In this document: piece by piece, positions 8,782-18,542 of the stretch
How positions within the stretch are numbered: position 1 is the first letter of the stretch
How the letters are laid out: the number at the start of each line of letters is the position of its first letter
From: Amoeboradix gromovi X-113
Lineage: Eukaryota > Fungi > Sanchytriomycota
Assembly: GCA_018985225.1 (NCBI GenBank)
Contig: JADGIF010000104.1
Span: 1 to 19,857 of the forward strand
Length of the DNA stretch: 19,857 nt
Direction: 5' to 3'
Made by a program: the position numbers and the translations under genes
Notes under the pieces: model-generated
Database searches by the model: none
What the model was told of the DNA's origin: nothing
The model's input: the letters and a program-made list of their open reading frames with translations, nothing else

Positions 8782-9528
8782 GATAATAAATTTCTTAATA
8801 TTACATAGTAAGATTAAAATCTCGCTGATAAAGGTTCTACTTATCGCACCCTGGACTGGACTATATCAACCTCACCTTAAGTAGTCCACATGAAAATTGC
8901 GTTCTTGTAAGAGAGCACTAATAAGCTAATGGTTTGATACGGGGATGCAGTTTATTGTCTCAGTTGCAGAGGCGATCAGATTACTCAGGATAGAAAACTG
9001 AATTATTCGCTTGTTAGTATAGCATCCGTGCATTACCGATAAATCGTACTATAGCTGGCATGGCAGTTTGGCTAGTACCGGAGCATTCAAGGATCTCATA
9101 CAGGCCCAAGTTAGGACTGATTACCTCTGTAACGTAGATGTGAATTTGCGTTGCAGCAGTCTTCAAGTCATCGAATGTCTGGTCAGAAATGGAGAAAGAC
9201 CCGGCTAGCAGAGAAGAGATGACAGTGGAGTTGTTCGCCTGTCGCTAGGTGGTGAGATATGGACACTTGTAAGAATTAATTCGCTTTTAGAATGCGTCCA
9301 ATCTAAACTCTCTTTTTGAAATAAGTTATGAAATATTAACCAGTACATAATAAACTAAAAAACCTGAGTATGCACGTAGCACAATATCTAGTTCCTTAAG
9401 ATAGAGGTTCTAAATTGTTTAGATTAGAAAGAAAACACATTTGCTCACCATAGTTTTGAGTATTTTAGTGTCATCTAGCTAATCGAGTTAAAATGAAAAG
9501 CTGTTCAAGAAAGTATTTATATAAAAAT

Positions 9529-10788
9529 TCAAATAGCTCGCAGCACCTGCATCTTAATTATCATAACTTTATCACGGTGAATCACAAACTTGAAGCTCAA
9601 TTTGATATAGGAGCACAATGATTTATTTTCAGACTCAAGTTTTGCGTCTTTAGTTTCGTCCCTGGCTTGCTTTAAGAATTTCACCATTTTCATCCCTCCT
9701 GTTCCTAATGGTTCTTTCTTATTACTTTGGCTAATTATATATCTAGCAACGATCTGAAAGTGGAAATCCCTCATTATCTTGATCGAGTCTATTAATAAAT
9801 TAAACACATTCTCAAGTCCAAGCTCTTTAATTTTTTCTCTAAAAATTCTGCATTTGCTTATCATTCCATTTAGGTAATCTCTATGCAGACCGTACATGTA
9901 CTCACGCATCAGAGGTATAAAATTAACCCCTGATTTGCTTGTTGGGTGATGTTTTACTCCTAAAAATATATCCACTAAATGTATTATTGGTGACTGTGCA
10001 GCACTCCCGCCATGGCATCTAAAAAATAGTCCCTCATCCCTTAATTCACAAGCATTTTTCCAGTGTTCGTCAATCTCAAAGACACCTTTAAACATGCATC
10101 CTTCTACTTTTAATGAGCCATTCATATAATGGCGCACTTGTTGATAAAATATAGACGGGTCACATTTTTCCGTCATTCTCATAAGTATCTTTGAGAACAT
10201 CTGAATGTCTTCATTTATAGACTTCAGCAACGGCACAATTTCATGTAATGGAATTTTGTTATCAACTAAAGACTCTATTTTGGGGATTGTATTAGCACCG
10301 TAAGCATCAATAGCACAGCTTACCAAGTAGAAATGGGACTCGTCAACGGAATTAGTGAATGTGTTAACCGATTCCATGGTATCCAAATCGTAAATATTGT
10401 CTGCCCGTGCTTTGACGTTCCAGATACAGACAGAAGCATAGCCACAAATAGGCATCATTCGCAACACTTTGCATGTTTGAAGAAGTGGAATGCTTATAGA
10501 TGCAGGTATTGAATGGTTAACGTAATCGTCAACATGATATCCCCATAAATATCCATTTGTAAACATTGTTAGTATGACGTAAGCGCGTTTTAGTTCTGGC
10601 AAGGAAAACAAGTCAACTTTGAGCACTTGCATTTCATCAATGACATCTCGGAAAGTGTGTCCCTTCAATAAAATCGGCATATCAGAGATGATAGTCTCCC
10701 ATAATAAGTGAGATGGACGTTTTATCAGCGGAACTGGCTCAATGAATCCAGTTTTTGAATTATATGGTTCAGCTTTTCCCATTGTCAT
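9529..10788 (-). CDS. BNA2: Indoleamine 2,3-dioxygenase (IDO/BNA2 family)
   Basis: DESHFYLVS, CDPSIFYQQVR, GGSAAQS, MREYM, proximal heme His in RDFHFQIVARYI, GTGG and FLKQARDET. Confidence 0.95.
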   Translation of the reverse strand: MTMGKAEPYNSKTGFIEPVPLIKRPSHLLWETIISDMPILLKGHTFRDVIDEMQVLKVDLFSLPELKRAYVILTMFTNGYLWGYHVDDYVNHSIPASISIPLLQTCKVLRMMPICGYASVCIWNVKARADNIYDLDTMESVNTFTNSVDESHFYLVSCAIDAYGANTIPKIESLVDNKIPLHEIVPLLKSINEDIQMFSKILMRMTEKCDPSIFYQQVRHYMNGSLKVEGCMFKGVFEIDEHWKNACELRDEGLFFRCHGGSAAQSPIIHLVDIFLGVKHHPTSKSGVNFIPLMREYMYGLHRDYLNGMISKCRIFREKIKELGLENVFNLLIDSIKIMRDFHFQIVARYIISQSNKKEPLGTGGMKMVKFLKQARDETKDAKLESENKSLCSYIKLSFKFVIHRDKVMIIKMQVLRAI

Positions 10789-11162
10789 GGTTGATGCCAG
10801 TGTTTGGAGTGTCTCCTTTATTTTAAAGAATTCAATTTTAAAGGTGGCTTAACAATTCCATTTAAACCCACGGCGCGCTACTGCTATGACAGAGTTCCTA
10901 CAGATTTGAAGGCAAAACGGCGAGCGTCTGGCAATCAGTCGCATATTCTCAAGTCTGGCGATGGTGTTTGAATTTTTATCAAAATAAGTTTTAAAAGCTG
11001 ACAAGTGCTCTCACCCATCAGAAGTAACAGAGCAATGTTGGAAAATCCTCCAGTAAGGAACAAGCAGTAATCAATTATAAATCAGCTCCAGTGAGCTAGG
11101 ATTGTTAAATGCTTGCTCCAATCAATTGTGCATGTAGAAAATATAACAAATAACAAACTGAA

Positions 11163-12050
11163 ATGAGCATGACACTCACATCAAATGAAGAAATATCATT
11201 TTATACTGGATTATTTGCCGCCGTACTATCCCTAATAGGAACAACAGTTGTACTTGCAGTTTCTATTTACGTTGAGCCGACTTCCAATACCCGTACAAAC
11301 CTTGTAGTTTCTTTGATGACTGCTCAATGGCTTCGCGCTTTTACAGTCGTTAGTGGAAGCATCATTAGAATCACAATGAATTTTGCAGACTTTAGCCCAG
11401 GTTTGGGTTGTAGTTTGAACGGCTTTTTTATTGAACAGACTTTAGTCGCAGGTGACATAGCTAATCTTTCTATTGGCATTTTTACATGGCTGGCTTTTGC
11501 TAAAAAGAAAACTTTTGCCAGAGCTCATAAGTTTCTTGATAAGCATTTGACTTCTATTTTCTTATTTCCGTGGCTGATCGGTGGTGTTTTGGCCACAGGT
11601 GCCTTTTTCTACGTTGGATATTCTCCCGTAAAATCGAATTGGTGTTTTATTAGCGCCTCGAATAACAATTTGGGACGCTGGATTTTCGCTTGGTCACATC
11701 GTATTTTTTTTAGTGTTGTCCTTTTCATTCTTTATGGGCATATACTAAAAATAGTTGTTAAGAGCAGAAGAGTATTAGAAGAAACTTCTGCGGCGGATAG
11801 ATCACATTCCAAAAGATTAAATAAGGCAGCTCGAAAGCTGTTCTTGTACCCAGTTGTTTACGTGCTCTGGGGATTACCAGGCATTCTTAGTAGAGTCATA
11901 ACCAGTCCCACTCTTGAGATGTTACAAATGGCAAGCCAGTCTGTAGGTTTTGTTGATGCTTTGCTCTATGGATATTCGGAGGACTTGAGAAGAAGATTTT
12001 TTGACAAGTTAAGGCCAGATAAGCAATACAAGAATGATTTTAAGATATAA
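11163..12050 (+). CDS. Seven-transmembrane GPCR, Git3/cAMP-receptor-like family
   Basis: About seven hydrophobic segments; CSLNGFFIE, NWCFI, LYPVVYVLWGLP and GFVDALLYG motifs. Confidence 0.85.
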   Translation: MSMTLTSNEEISFYTGLFAAVLSLIGTTVVLAVSIYVEPTSNTRTNLVVSLMTAQWLRAFTVVSGSIIRITMNFADFSPGLGCSLNGFFIEQTLVAGDIANLSIGIFTWLAFAKKKTFARAHKFLDKHLTSIFLFPWLIGGVLATGAFFYVGYSPVKSNWCFISASNNNLGRWIFAWSHRIFFSVVLFILYGHILKIVVKSRRVLEETSAADRSHSKRLNKAARKLFLYPVVYVLWGLPGILSRVITSPTLEMLQMASQSVGFVDALLYGYSEDLRRRFFDKLRPDKQYKNDFKI

Positions 12051-12181
12051 TATAAATAAATGTCAAATCAACTCTTACTTCTTTTAAACAATCTCATTGT
12101 CTGAGTAGTTTGTAAGAACTTTTCAACAAAAATATAGAAAATCTTCTCAATATTATCATACAAAATTTATTAAACAAATCC

Positions 12182-12310
12182 TCAGCATGCAATAGTTTGT
12201 ACAGAATCTTTATTTAACAAGAACTGACTTCCGTCATTTTCTTGTTGGTCCCAAAATATTTGGCTGTCTTTACTAGATAGACTAAGCTTACGCTTGAAGA
12301 ATTTTAACAT
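12182..12310 (-). CDS. Candidate microprotein, 42 aa
   Basis: MLKFFKRKLSLSSKDSQIFWDQQENDGSQFLLNKDSVQTIAC; ATG start and AATAAA 10 nt after the stop; no homology recognised. Confidence 0.4.
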   Translation of the reverse strand: MLKFFKRKLSLSSKDSQIFWDQQENDGSQFLLNKDSVQTIAC

Positions 12311-13493
12311 GCCAAATTGAAGCTATCTCTTTTTATCCTCGGTTTTGAACGACAGCACCAATCAAGTATTTAATTAATTAAAACTTTATTGGACTGACTC
12401 GTATCAAGTGTTTGCTTTACACTAAAAGATAACTATATCATATAAATCAGATGTTCAGTGCAGTGAAATTTCCATAATCGCTGAAAATAATTCCTTGATT
12501 GTCCTCAGATATAAATGAATATTAAAATCTAGAAGCACAAGTAGCAATTATGGTCCAAATATACCTAAAAGATGTATTGTGGTTGACATATTGTCTTGCC
12601 TAATATTGAGGACTCAACTGTGTTAGTTTGTGTGGAAACATGGCTCAAATAGTAATTTGGCCCTAGTTAACAGGATTGCTTACCTTTTAGCCCTTGAGTG
12701 AATGAGATTAGTCTTGATAGTAAAAAGCTTAAAAGAAGACAGCTTCGGGCTTCATATGCTTTTCAAAAATGTAATCCAAAACAGTGGCCGAGCAGTTTTA
12801 GAAAAAAAGGAGTTAATAAATACACAGTGACCAGATCATGTTGCGTTCGCTAGGATTCAGAAAAGAGTAAACAAGGCATGGCTATAAGGGTTTTGCAAGA
12901 TTCTTCTGCATAAACCGTTGCAGTGGTTCTAATGGAGAGGAGCCCGATACGATTGTTTGCGAAACAGTAAACAACTACTTTTGAGATGCCTCCAAGTATA
13001 GAGCTGAATGGCACTCTTTACCACATGTTAATTGCATAGCATTTATACTAACGTAAAAGGTAATCAGACTGCATCTATGCCCTAGCTACATAGCACATAG
13101 AGCGGCCAAATGATAGAGAAGCGATGTTAATAGCATTCAATGTCTCAGATGAAATTATGAATATTGGGTCACTAACAAAGTGAGATCCGCTGTATAGTTG
13201 TATATCCACAACGTTATTGATCTGCTGATTAAAATTCTAGAAATTTAGGTGATGGGTAAGCATGGCTGGCTATTAAAAACTAGTCGTAAGAAGAATTAGA
13301 CACTCTGCTTTATGTAGAAAGCAACAATATTTGCTGAAATACAACCTCGAGTTAATTTGAGCACCATTTCTACGCTATGTAATTTATCCGGGTATCTTCA
13401 TATTTCAATTAACATTGATTATAAACTAAATGCAACACTGTTTCTTCAACTATCGAATACACCTATCTTACACAGCAATTACCAGTGTTTATC

Positions 13494-14768
13494 ATGATCC
13501 TCGGAGAAACATTTTCAAAACAAGCTTCCGATCATATGGAACTGGAATTGCTCTCCATGGAATATGAACACGTAGAAATGACAAGTGAAGACATCATTGA
13601 CAAATTCTTGTCATTATCCTGCCCTAAAATTGATGAAGTTATTAAGGGTGTTATTGATGAAAATCAAGAGTACTTATTCAGTAAATTGCAATCAAATCCC
13701 AGCAATTTCACAAAAGTCATAATAAATAATAAAGAGTTTTGCTCAAGCCATTTTACTGCAATTCTCAATCTAATTTTACCAGTTAACCTAAACAAATACC
13801 CGAACACATGGCCGTTCTTGATTAAGACCTTTCCGCATAAATCACTCTCATCACTATTTCCATACTTGAATGATGATAACATCGTAGGCGTTATGGATCC
13901 CATCTGCAAATTCGCATTAGAAGACGGAGTAGCCGAGGAAGTAAATTCATACGGTAGCGGTGAACTGATTCTAATAAGCAGTATAAGAGAATCTTTAGTT
14001 AAAAGCAATCTGTTTTTTTCAATTCTTCACCAGCTTCCTCAATCACCAAAATTTCTCAAGCTCTTCAAACATGTAACTCTTTTCTATCCTGATCTTTTGC
14101 AAATCTTGATTTCCGCCCGACTGTCTGAAGAACTGGTATACTTATTTGACTCAGACGTGGCAATCGCAGTTGATTTTTGCGATTTAATTTGTCAGAAAAT
14201 AGCGTACAAAGTCATAGACATGCGGAACAACGTAGAGCAAGAAGATTTTTACATTCACACTAAAACACTTGATGTCTCAAATGAGTTTTTAAGTCTTGTT
14301 GATGAGCAAACCGTGCCAATTCTTGTTGAATACCTTCTCAAGTATGACGAAAACAGTAACCATATAACCTACAACACATACATTGACTATAACCCGCTAA
14401 CTTTTCGCTGGATCATCTCTCTTAGATTTTTGCATTCTGTAGTTTCAAAATCTACTAGCCTGATAAGGTACATACACCCTGGTTTGTGGAAGCTATTTAT
14501 CGGCATATTTGCCAAGCATCCGTATAATACCCAGTTTCATTCAATTTTTTATGATTTAATCAAACTAGCGCCTGTAGAAACGCTGAGCTTGGTTTTCGTC
14601 AAATTGGAATTCATCAAGTATCTTGTTGTTGTCAAGAATAGGGATCAAGGAAGTGATGCTGCTTATTTTATGAACTTGATATGTAAATACATGAGCGATA
14701 GGCTGCAACAAGTCCCTGAAATTTGCGATTGTTATGGCTGGGAAGAGTTGCTTAGCTGCATACATTGA
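13494..14768 (+). CDS. Divergent SAPS-domain (SIT4/PP6 regulatory subunit-like) protein; start codon uncertain
   Basis: PLTFRWIISLRFL and FIGIFAKHPYNTQFHSIFYDLI resemble SAPS motifs PLGxxRLKxxEL and FFKYPWNNFLHxxVYD; first ATG at 13494 (track start is GTG). Confidence 0.65.
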   Translation: MILGETFSKQASDHMELELLSMEYEHVEMTSEDIIDKFLSLSCPKIDEVIKGVIDENQEYLFSKLQSNPSNFTKVIINNKEFCSSHFTAILNLILPVNLNKYPNTWPFLIKTFPHKSLSSLFPYLNDDNIVGVMDPICKFALEDGVAEEVNSYGSGELILISSIRESLVKSNLFFSILHQLPQSPKFLKLFKHVTLFYPDLLQILISARLSEELVYLFDSDVAIAVDFCDLICQKIAYKVIDMRNNVEQEDFYIHTKTLDVSNEFLSLVDEQTVPILVEYLLKYDENSNHITYNTYIDYNPLTFRWIISLRFLHSVVSKSTSLIRYIHPGLWKLFIGIFAKHPYNTQFHSIFYDLIKLAPVETLSLVFVKLEFIKYLVVVKNRDQGSDAAYFMNLICKYMSDRLQQVPEICDCYGWEELLSCIH

Positions 14769-14813
14769 TTCAGTAAACGGTTTATTAACAGCTTCAGTGA
14801 TATTTTGCTCGTC

Positions 14814-16283
14814 TTATAAACTTTTTTTCGCATCTATATCTTCGTGGATTAGTATAAAATGCCCGCCCAAGTTCACATAGTAGTCATTATGACCACTAAA
14901 TGTAAGATACAAATATTTAAGTATCTCTGACATAAACTTCGAATCCATTATCCCAAAATGCCCCAAATCCGGATCTCCCACGTGCAGTAGTCCAGCGTAA
15001 CCATTGCCAAGATTGCAATGCTTGTCTATACTTCTTATTATATTTAGCGACATATCCCGGAATACGATCTCCTTAGTGCTTTGGTACATGTAGTACAGCG
15101 ATTCTATTAGTTTAGGCTGTAGGGTAAACATTTCGAAGTTCTTAATAGGCTCAAAAGTGTCTGCAATAACCCTTTTAGGTGTTAATCCTGTAGACTGACG
15201 AGTAAACATTTTGTAACATGTTTTGACCAATTCTCTGGCAACCGCAGTGTATTCGATGCTCCTGCTGGAAACCAGTTTGCTTGCTTGAATTAAAACACCA
15301 CCTAAATCACAAGACCGTTGGTCGATTACACCGATTTCAACCGAAAGTGCGTACAAGTCATTACTTTTATTCTTTAAAATGTAACTGTTAATTATGTTAT
15401 TGAGCGAATTAGATATAAGCAGCATTGTCATTTCATCTTTTTGGATTTTTTGTAGAGTAATCAACATCTGAATATACTTTATAGCACCTTTGCTTAGTTT
15501 TCTCGGCAAACCAACAGGATCGGTATTGTTCTGAAATATCAAAGCCTCGCTTTTTCTTATAGAGTGGAGAAACTTATTGCGAATTTTGCCCAACATTATT
15601 TTATACTTTGCATTCTTAGTGTAAAAAGACAGTTGCGTTAATTCTATTTGGAAGTTAGTTAAATCAGACAGGTCTCGAAACTGACTTGTTACTGTTCGAC
15701 TTCTTAAATTTATTTCCGTATTGGGAATACTGTTTGTGAATAAAACATCAAAGAATGAATCCATAAATTCAACAGCCTTGTCTAGAAATATAGGGGATCT
15801 GTCTATATAATACATCCCAAGCAATCCACCGATTATTCTTCTACTAAAAGGTAAGCATGGGATATCAACATTAACCTGAAAGTTTAAATTTATTACTTCA
15901 CCTTTAATCTTGGATATTTTATCGTGCAAACCCATTAATACCAATGAGTCCATAGAGTCTATCATTGTAAACAAAAAAGAAAAGGACTCATCGTAAATGT
16001 TCAATGCTTTTTTAAAAATTGGATCGTAAACATCAAACGACCATGCATTTGCATAATAATTATCGAAACAAGATTTTGCAATGTTCACAACATACATCTG
16101 GGCGGCGATGTCTGGGCGACTGTGTCTAGAAACTTTGTTTTTTAAAGCTATCTTTTCTTGAATATAGAATTCTGTTTTTGGGATAGACTTAAAATAGTAA
16201 AAGACAGCTAGTACTATGGCTATTTCTATAAAGTTTAGAGCTGGATGGTGGTGTTTTATCTTAATAAATACTATAAGTTTCAT
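14814..16283 (-). CDS. GH47 alpha-1,2-mannosidase-like type II membrane protein, probably catalytically inactive
   Basis: FDNYYANAWSFD, TMIDSMDSLVLMGL, RIIGGLL, TCYKMF..QSTGLTP, IESLYYMY, SEILKYLYLTF; N-terminal transmembrane segment. Confidence 0.88.
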   Translation of the reverse strand: MKLIVFIKIKHHHPALNFIEIAIVLAVFYYFKSIPKTEFYIQEKIALKNKVSRHSRPDIAAQMYVVNIAKSCFDNYYANAWSFDVYDPIFKKALNIYDESFSFLFTMIDSMDSLVLMGLHDKISKIKGEVINLNFQVNVDIPCLPFSRRIIGGLLGMYYIDRSPIFLDKAVEFMDSFFDVLFTNSIPNTEINLRSRTVTSQFRDLSDLTNFQIELTQLSFYTKNAKYKIMLGKIRNKFLHSIRKSEALIFQNNTDPVGLPRKLSKGAIKYIQMLITLQKIQKDEMTMLLISNSLNNIINSYILKNKSNDLYALSVEIGVIDQRSCDLGGVLIQASKLVSSRSIEYTAVARELVKTCYKMFTRQSTGLTPKRVIADTFEPIKNFEMFTLQPKLIESLYYMYQSTKEIVFRDMSLNIIRSIDKHCNLGNGYAGLLHVGDPDLGHFGIMDSKFMSEILKYLYLTFSGHNDYYVNLGGHFILIHEDIDAKKSL

Positions 16284-16322
16284 CTGTTTGAGTTTAAAAT
16301 TTTAAAATTTGCAGATACAGAT

Positions 16323-16490
16323 TTATTGTTCAAACGCCTTTCGAGTAATGCTGTGGATAAACTGCATGTATTCCTCGTCCTCTCGATAGATGTAGTCCAC
16401 CGATGTTCTAATGGGGCTATGATCATTTTGAGTATCTTCAATCCAGTAGCATCTCAAGTTTTGTACCTTATTGACTCTCTTTAAGAACAT
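16323..16490 (-). CDS. Candidate microprotein, 55 aa; not in the ORF track
   Basis: MFLKRVNKVQNLRCYWIEDTQNDHSPIRTSVDYIYREDEEYMQFIHSITRKAFEQ; AATAAA overlaps the TAA stop. Confidence 0.55.
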   Translation of the reverse strand: MFLKRVNKVQNLRCYWIEDTQNDHSPIRTSVDYIYREDEEYMQFIHSITRKAFEQ

Positions 16491-16630
16491 TGCTGCGAAA
16501 GTGTCAAAGTGATTTATAAAAGTACATTGATAGGGATACCAATCAACTATAATGTTTGTCGTTCACATGAAGCTACAAATTAATTTGGCATAGAATTACT
16601 CTGATTTACAAATTAAGCATTTATTTACAT

Positions 16631-16840
16631 TTAAAAGTAATTTTTAATAAAAGATCTTTGGCTGGTTATCATTTCGATATACTCCATTTCTTCCACTTCC
16701 AAAAGTGTGTCGTCAGATTCTGTACTCATTATACTGCCATTCTCAAGGTTAACCAGATTGCAAGATATCGTCTTCGATCTCTTGAGCTTGATGCTGCTGA
16801 TCATCCTGAGCATGTCAAAATAAGTGATGAAATTACTCAT
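16631..16840 (-). CDS. Candidate microprotein, 69 aa
   Basis: First ATG at 16840 (track start 16876 is TTG): MSNFITYFDMLRMISSIKLKRSKTISCNL...EEMEYIEMITSQRSFIKNYF; AATAAA 5 nt after the stop. Confidence 0.55.
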   Translation of the reverse strand: MSNFITYFDMLRMISSIKLKRSKTISCNLVNLENGSIMSTESDDTLLEVEEMEYIEMITSQRSFIKNYF

Positions 16841-17021
16841 ATTCACTTTATCATGCTTAATATTTTTCCTCACCAATCACTCCAACGATGCGGTAACAGT
16901 AATAAGACGACGGTGTGATACTTTGCCACTGTCATGCACGTGTCTACATTGTTCATAACTTTATGACTGTGCACAAGTCAAATTTGTCTGCTAGCTAAAT
17001 AACACCGGTGTAAGAGGCTTT

Positions 17022-18518
17022 ATGTCAGAATCGCGTCAAACATGTTTAAACGCAATAGATTCAGTTAAAGAGATTTACACGCTATTGAATACCTCACACG
17101 CAGTTGTAGACCAACTCCTTTTCAGTATAAATGAACTTCAGGTCGTAGTTGATAGTTTAGAAAACGAAGACGAGTTCTTCAACAAAGCCTCTAAGCAGGT
17201 CACCCGAATTCATTCATTTTTGCAAGGGCTTTTGCCAAGCGAGGATATAGCCGATACGCTGAATTCTCTCGATTCTGAGGACTCTGTCAACCAGCTAGGC
17301 TTTTTCTACAAACACGTCAAGAATCTAATTTTATTCGCTCCAGTCAAGGCCAGCCTAGAATATCCTGTCATCAAGACACAAATATCACAGGAATCACTTA
17401 AAATCTCCGAAATAGTCCATAGTAAAAGTCTAATATCCATCCCTCAAGCTCAGAAATCATCCGATTCATTAAAGGAAGTATTAATAAACTCACCTACTAC
17501 GGAGGAACTACGCAAATCTACGAATCCAGTGGAAAACACGGTGGATAAAATAGTTATAGAAAACTTTAGCAAATCCATCCAGGAGCTGCGTGTGCTTATT
17601 AGTTCAAAATCCACTATTAGTGTCAAAGACTCCTATCGTGAGCTGAAGCTGCAACAAGACTCTTCTGCAGAAAAATCAAGAGATCAGGTTAATGAAGAAG
17701 TAAAAAGTAAACTGATTCTCAGTGAAGTTCTACAGGTTGCTGAAGATGTGGTCCTAGACGAGAAAACGGTCACAGGCAAGGAAAATTACGCCATTCCAAC
17801 AGAAAAGCCTGTGCCTATCACACCGCCAGCAATAAATGCAATAAAGCCTAGCCTCCCCTCCGACAATAACTTAATTTTACCGGATGTGGCCGAGGACGCT
17901 AATTTAAACGATAAAGACAGGAAATACAAACTGAAGGGTAGGAAGGACAGCATAAAAGAGCCAGGGACTATCACAGAGTATGATTTTGATGTTGCACTTG
18001 CTTGCGTTGATTTTAGTTCACAACAAAATGAGAAAGAGCTTGCTGACATAATTCTGAATGCCTGCAAATCATTGAAATATTTGATAAACGATGCTTTTTA
18101 CAATCAGTTGTATGTATATGTCAAACCCCTAGAAATGAATCTAAGGAATAAATCTATCTTGCATTTAATTGCCAGCAAGGCGAACATAGGGGAGGCGCTG
18201 ATGCAGTATGCACCGCTCTGCGATCCGATGGAGTCTTTGAAATGGTACATTAAAGCTGCTGAAGCTGGTAATGTGGACGCCATGTTTACTGTAGCTGAGA
18301 TTTATTATTACGGAAAAGGGGTCGATGTAGTTGTTTATATCGCAGAGAGATGGTATAGAAGTGCAGCAGCAAAGGGACACGAGAAGTCAGCATTAATTCT
18401 TAAGAGTATATTAAAGAAGAAGCGATTGAGGATGACATGGCAGATCATTTTAAGCACAATCGTACTGCTCATAATTTTGGCAGTGGTAGGTTGGGCGTTG
18501 CAACAAAAATGGACATAA
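17022..18518 (+). CDS. Sel1-like repeat protein with a C-terminal transmembrane anchor
   Basis: SLKWYIKAAEAGNVDAMFTVAEIYYYGKGV...AERWYRSAAAKGHEKS are Sel1 repeats; IILSTIVLLIILAVVGWAL near the C-terminus follows a basic patch. Confidence 0.85.
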   Translation: MSESRQTCLNAIDSVKEIYTLLNTSHAVVDQLLFSINELQVVVDSLENEDEFFNKASKQVTRIHSFLQGLLPSEDIADTLNSLDSEDSVNQLGFFYKHVKNLILFAPVKASLEYPVIKTQISQESLKISEIVHSKSLISIPQAQKSSDSLKEVLINSPTTEELRKSTNPVENTVDKIVIENFSKSIQELRVLISSKSTISVKDSYRELKLQQDSSAEKSRDQVNEEVKSKLILSEVLQVAEDVVLDEKTVTGKENYAIPTEKPVPITPPAINAIKPSLPSDNNLILPDVAEDANLNDKDRKYKLKGRKDSIKEPGTITEYDFDVALACVDFSSQQNEKELADIILNACKSLKYLINDAFYNQLYVYVKPLEMNLRNKSILHLIASKANIGEALMQYAPLCDPMESLKWYIKAAEAGNVDAMFTVAEIYYYGKGVDVVVYIAERWYRSAAAKGHEKSALILKSILKKKRLRMTWQIILSTIVLLIILAVVGWALQQKWT

Positions 18519-18542
18519 TTATAATAAACGCATTGTTGTTTA

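Noticed and set aside
12900-13200. YRAEWHSLPHVNC peptide resembling a Helitron HUH motif, and a TACTAAC branch-point-like site near 13046
   Set aside because: Second His and motif spacing are wrong; trial splicing with nearby GT donors gave only immediate or early stops.
13664-14765. ORFs 13664-14008 (-) and 14565-14765 (-)
   Set aside because: Antisense shadows of the SAPS-like gene.
16245-16918. ORFs 16245-16484 (+) and 16658-16918 (+)
   Set aside because: Antisense to the GH47 start and to the two minus-strand microprotein candidates, which have better terminal signals.
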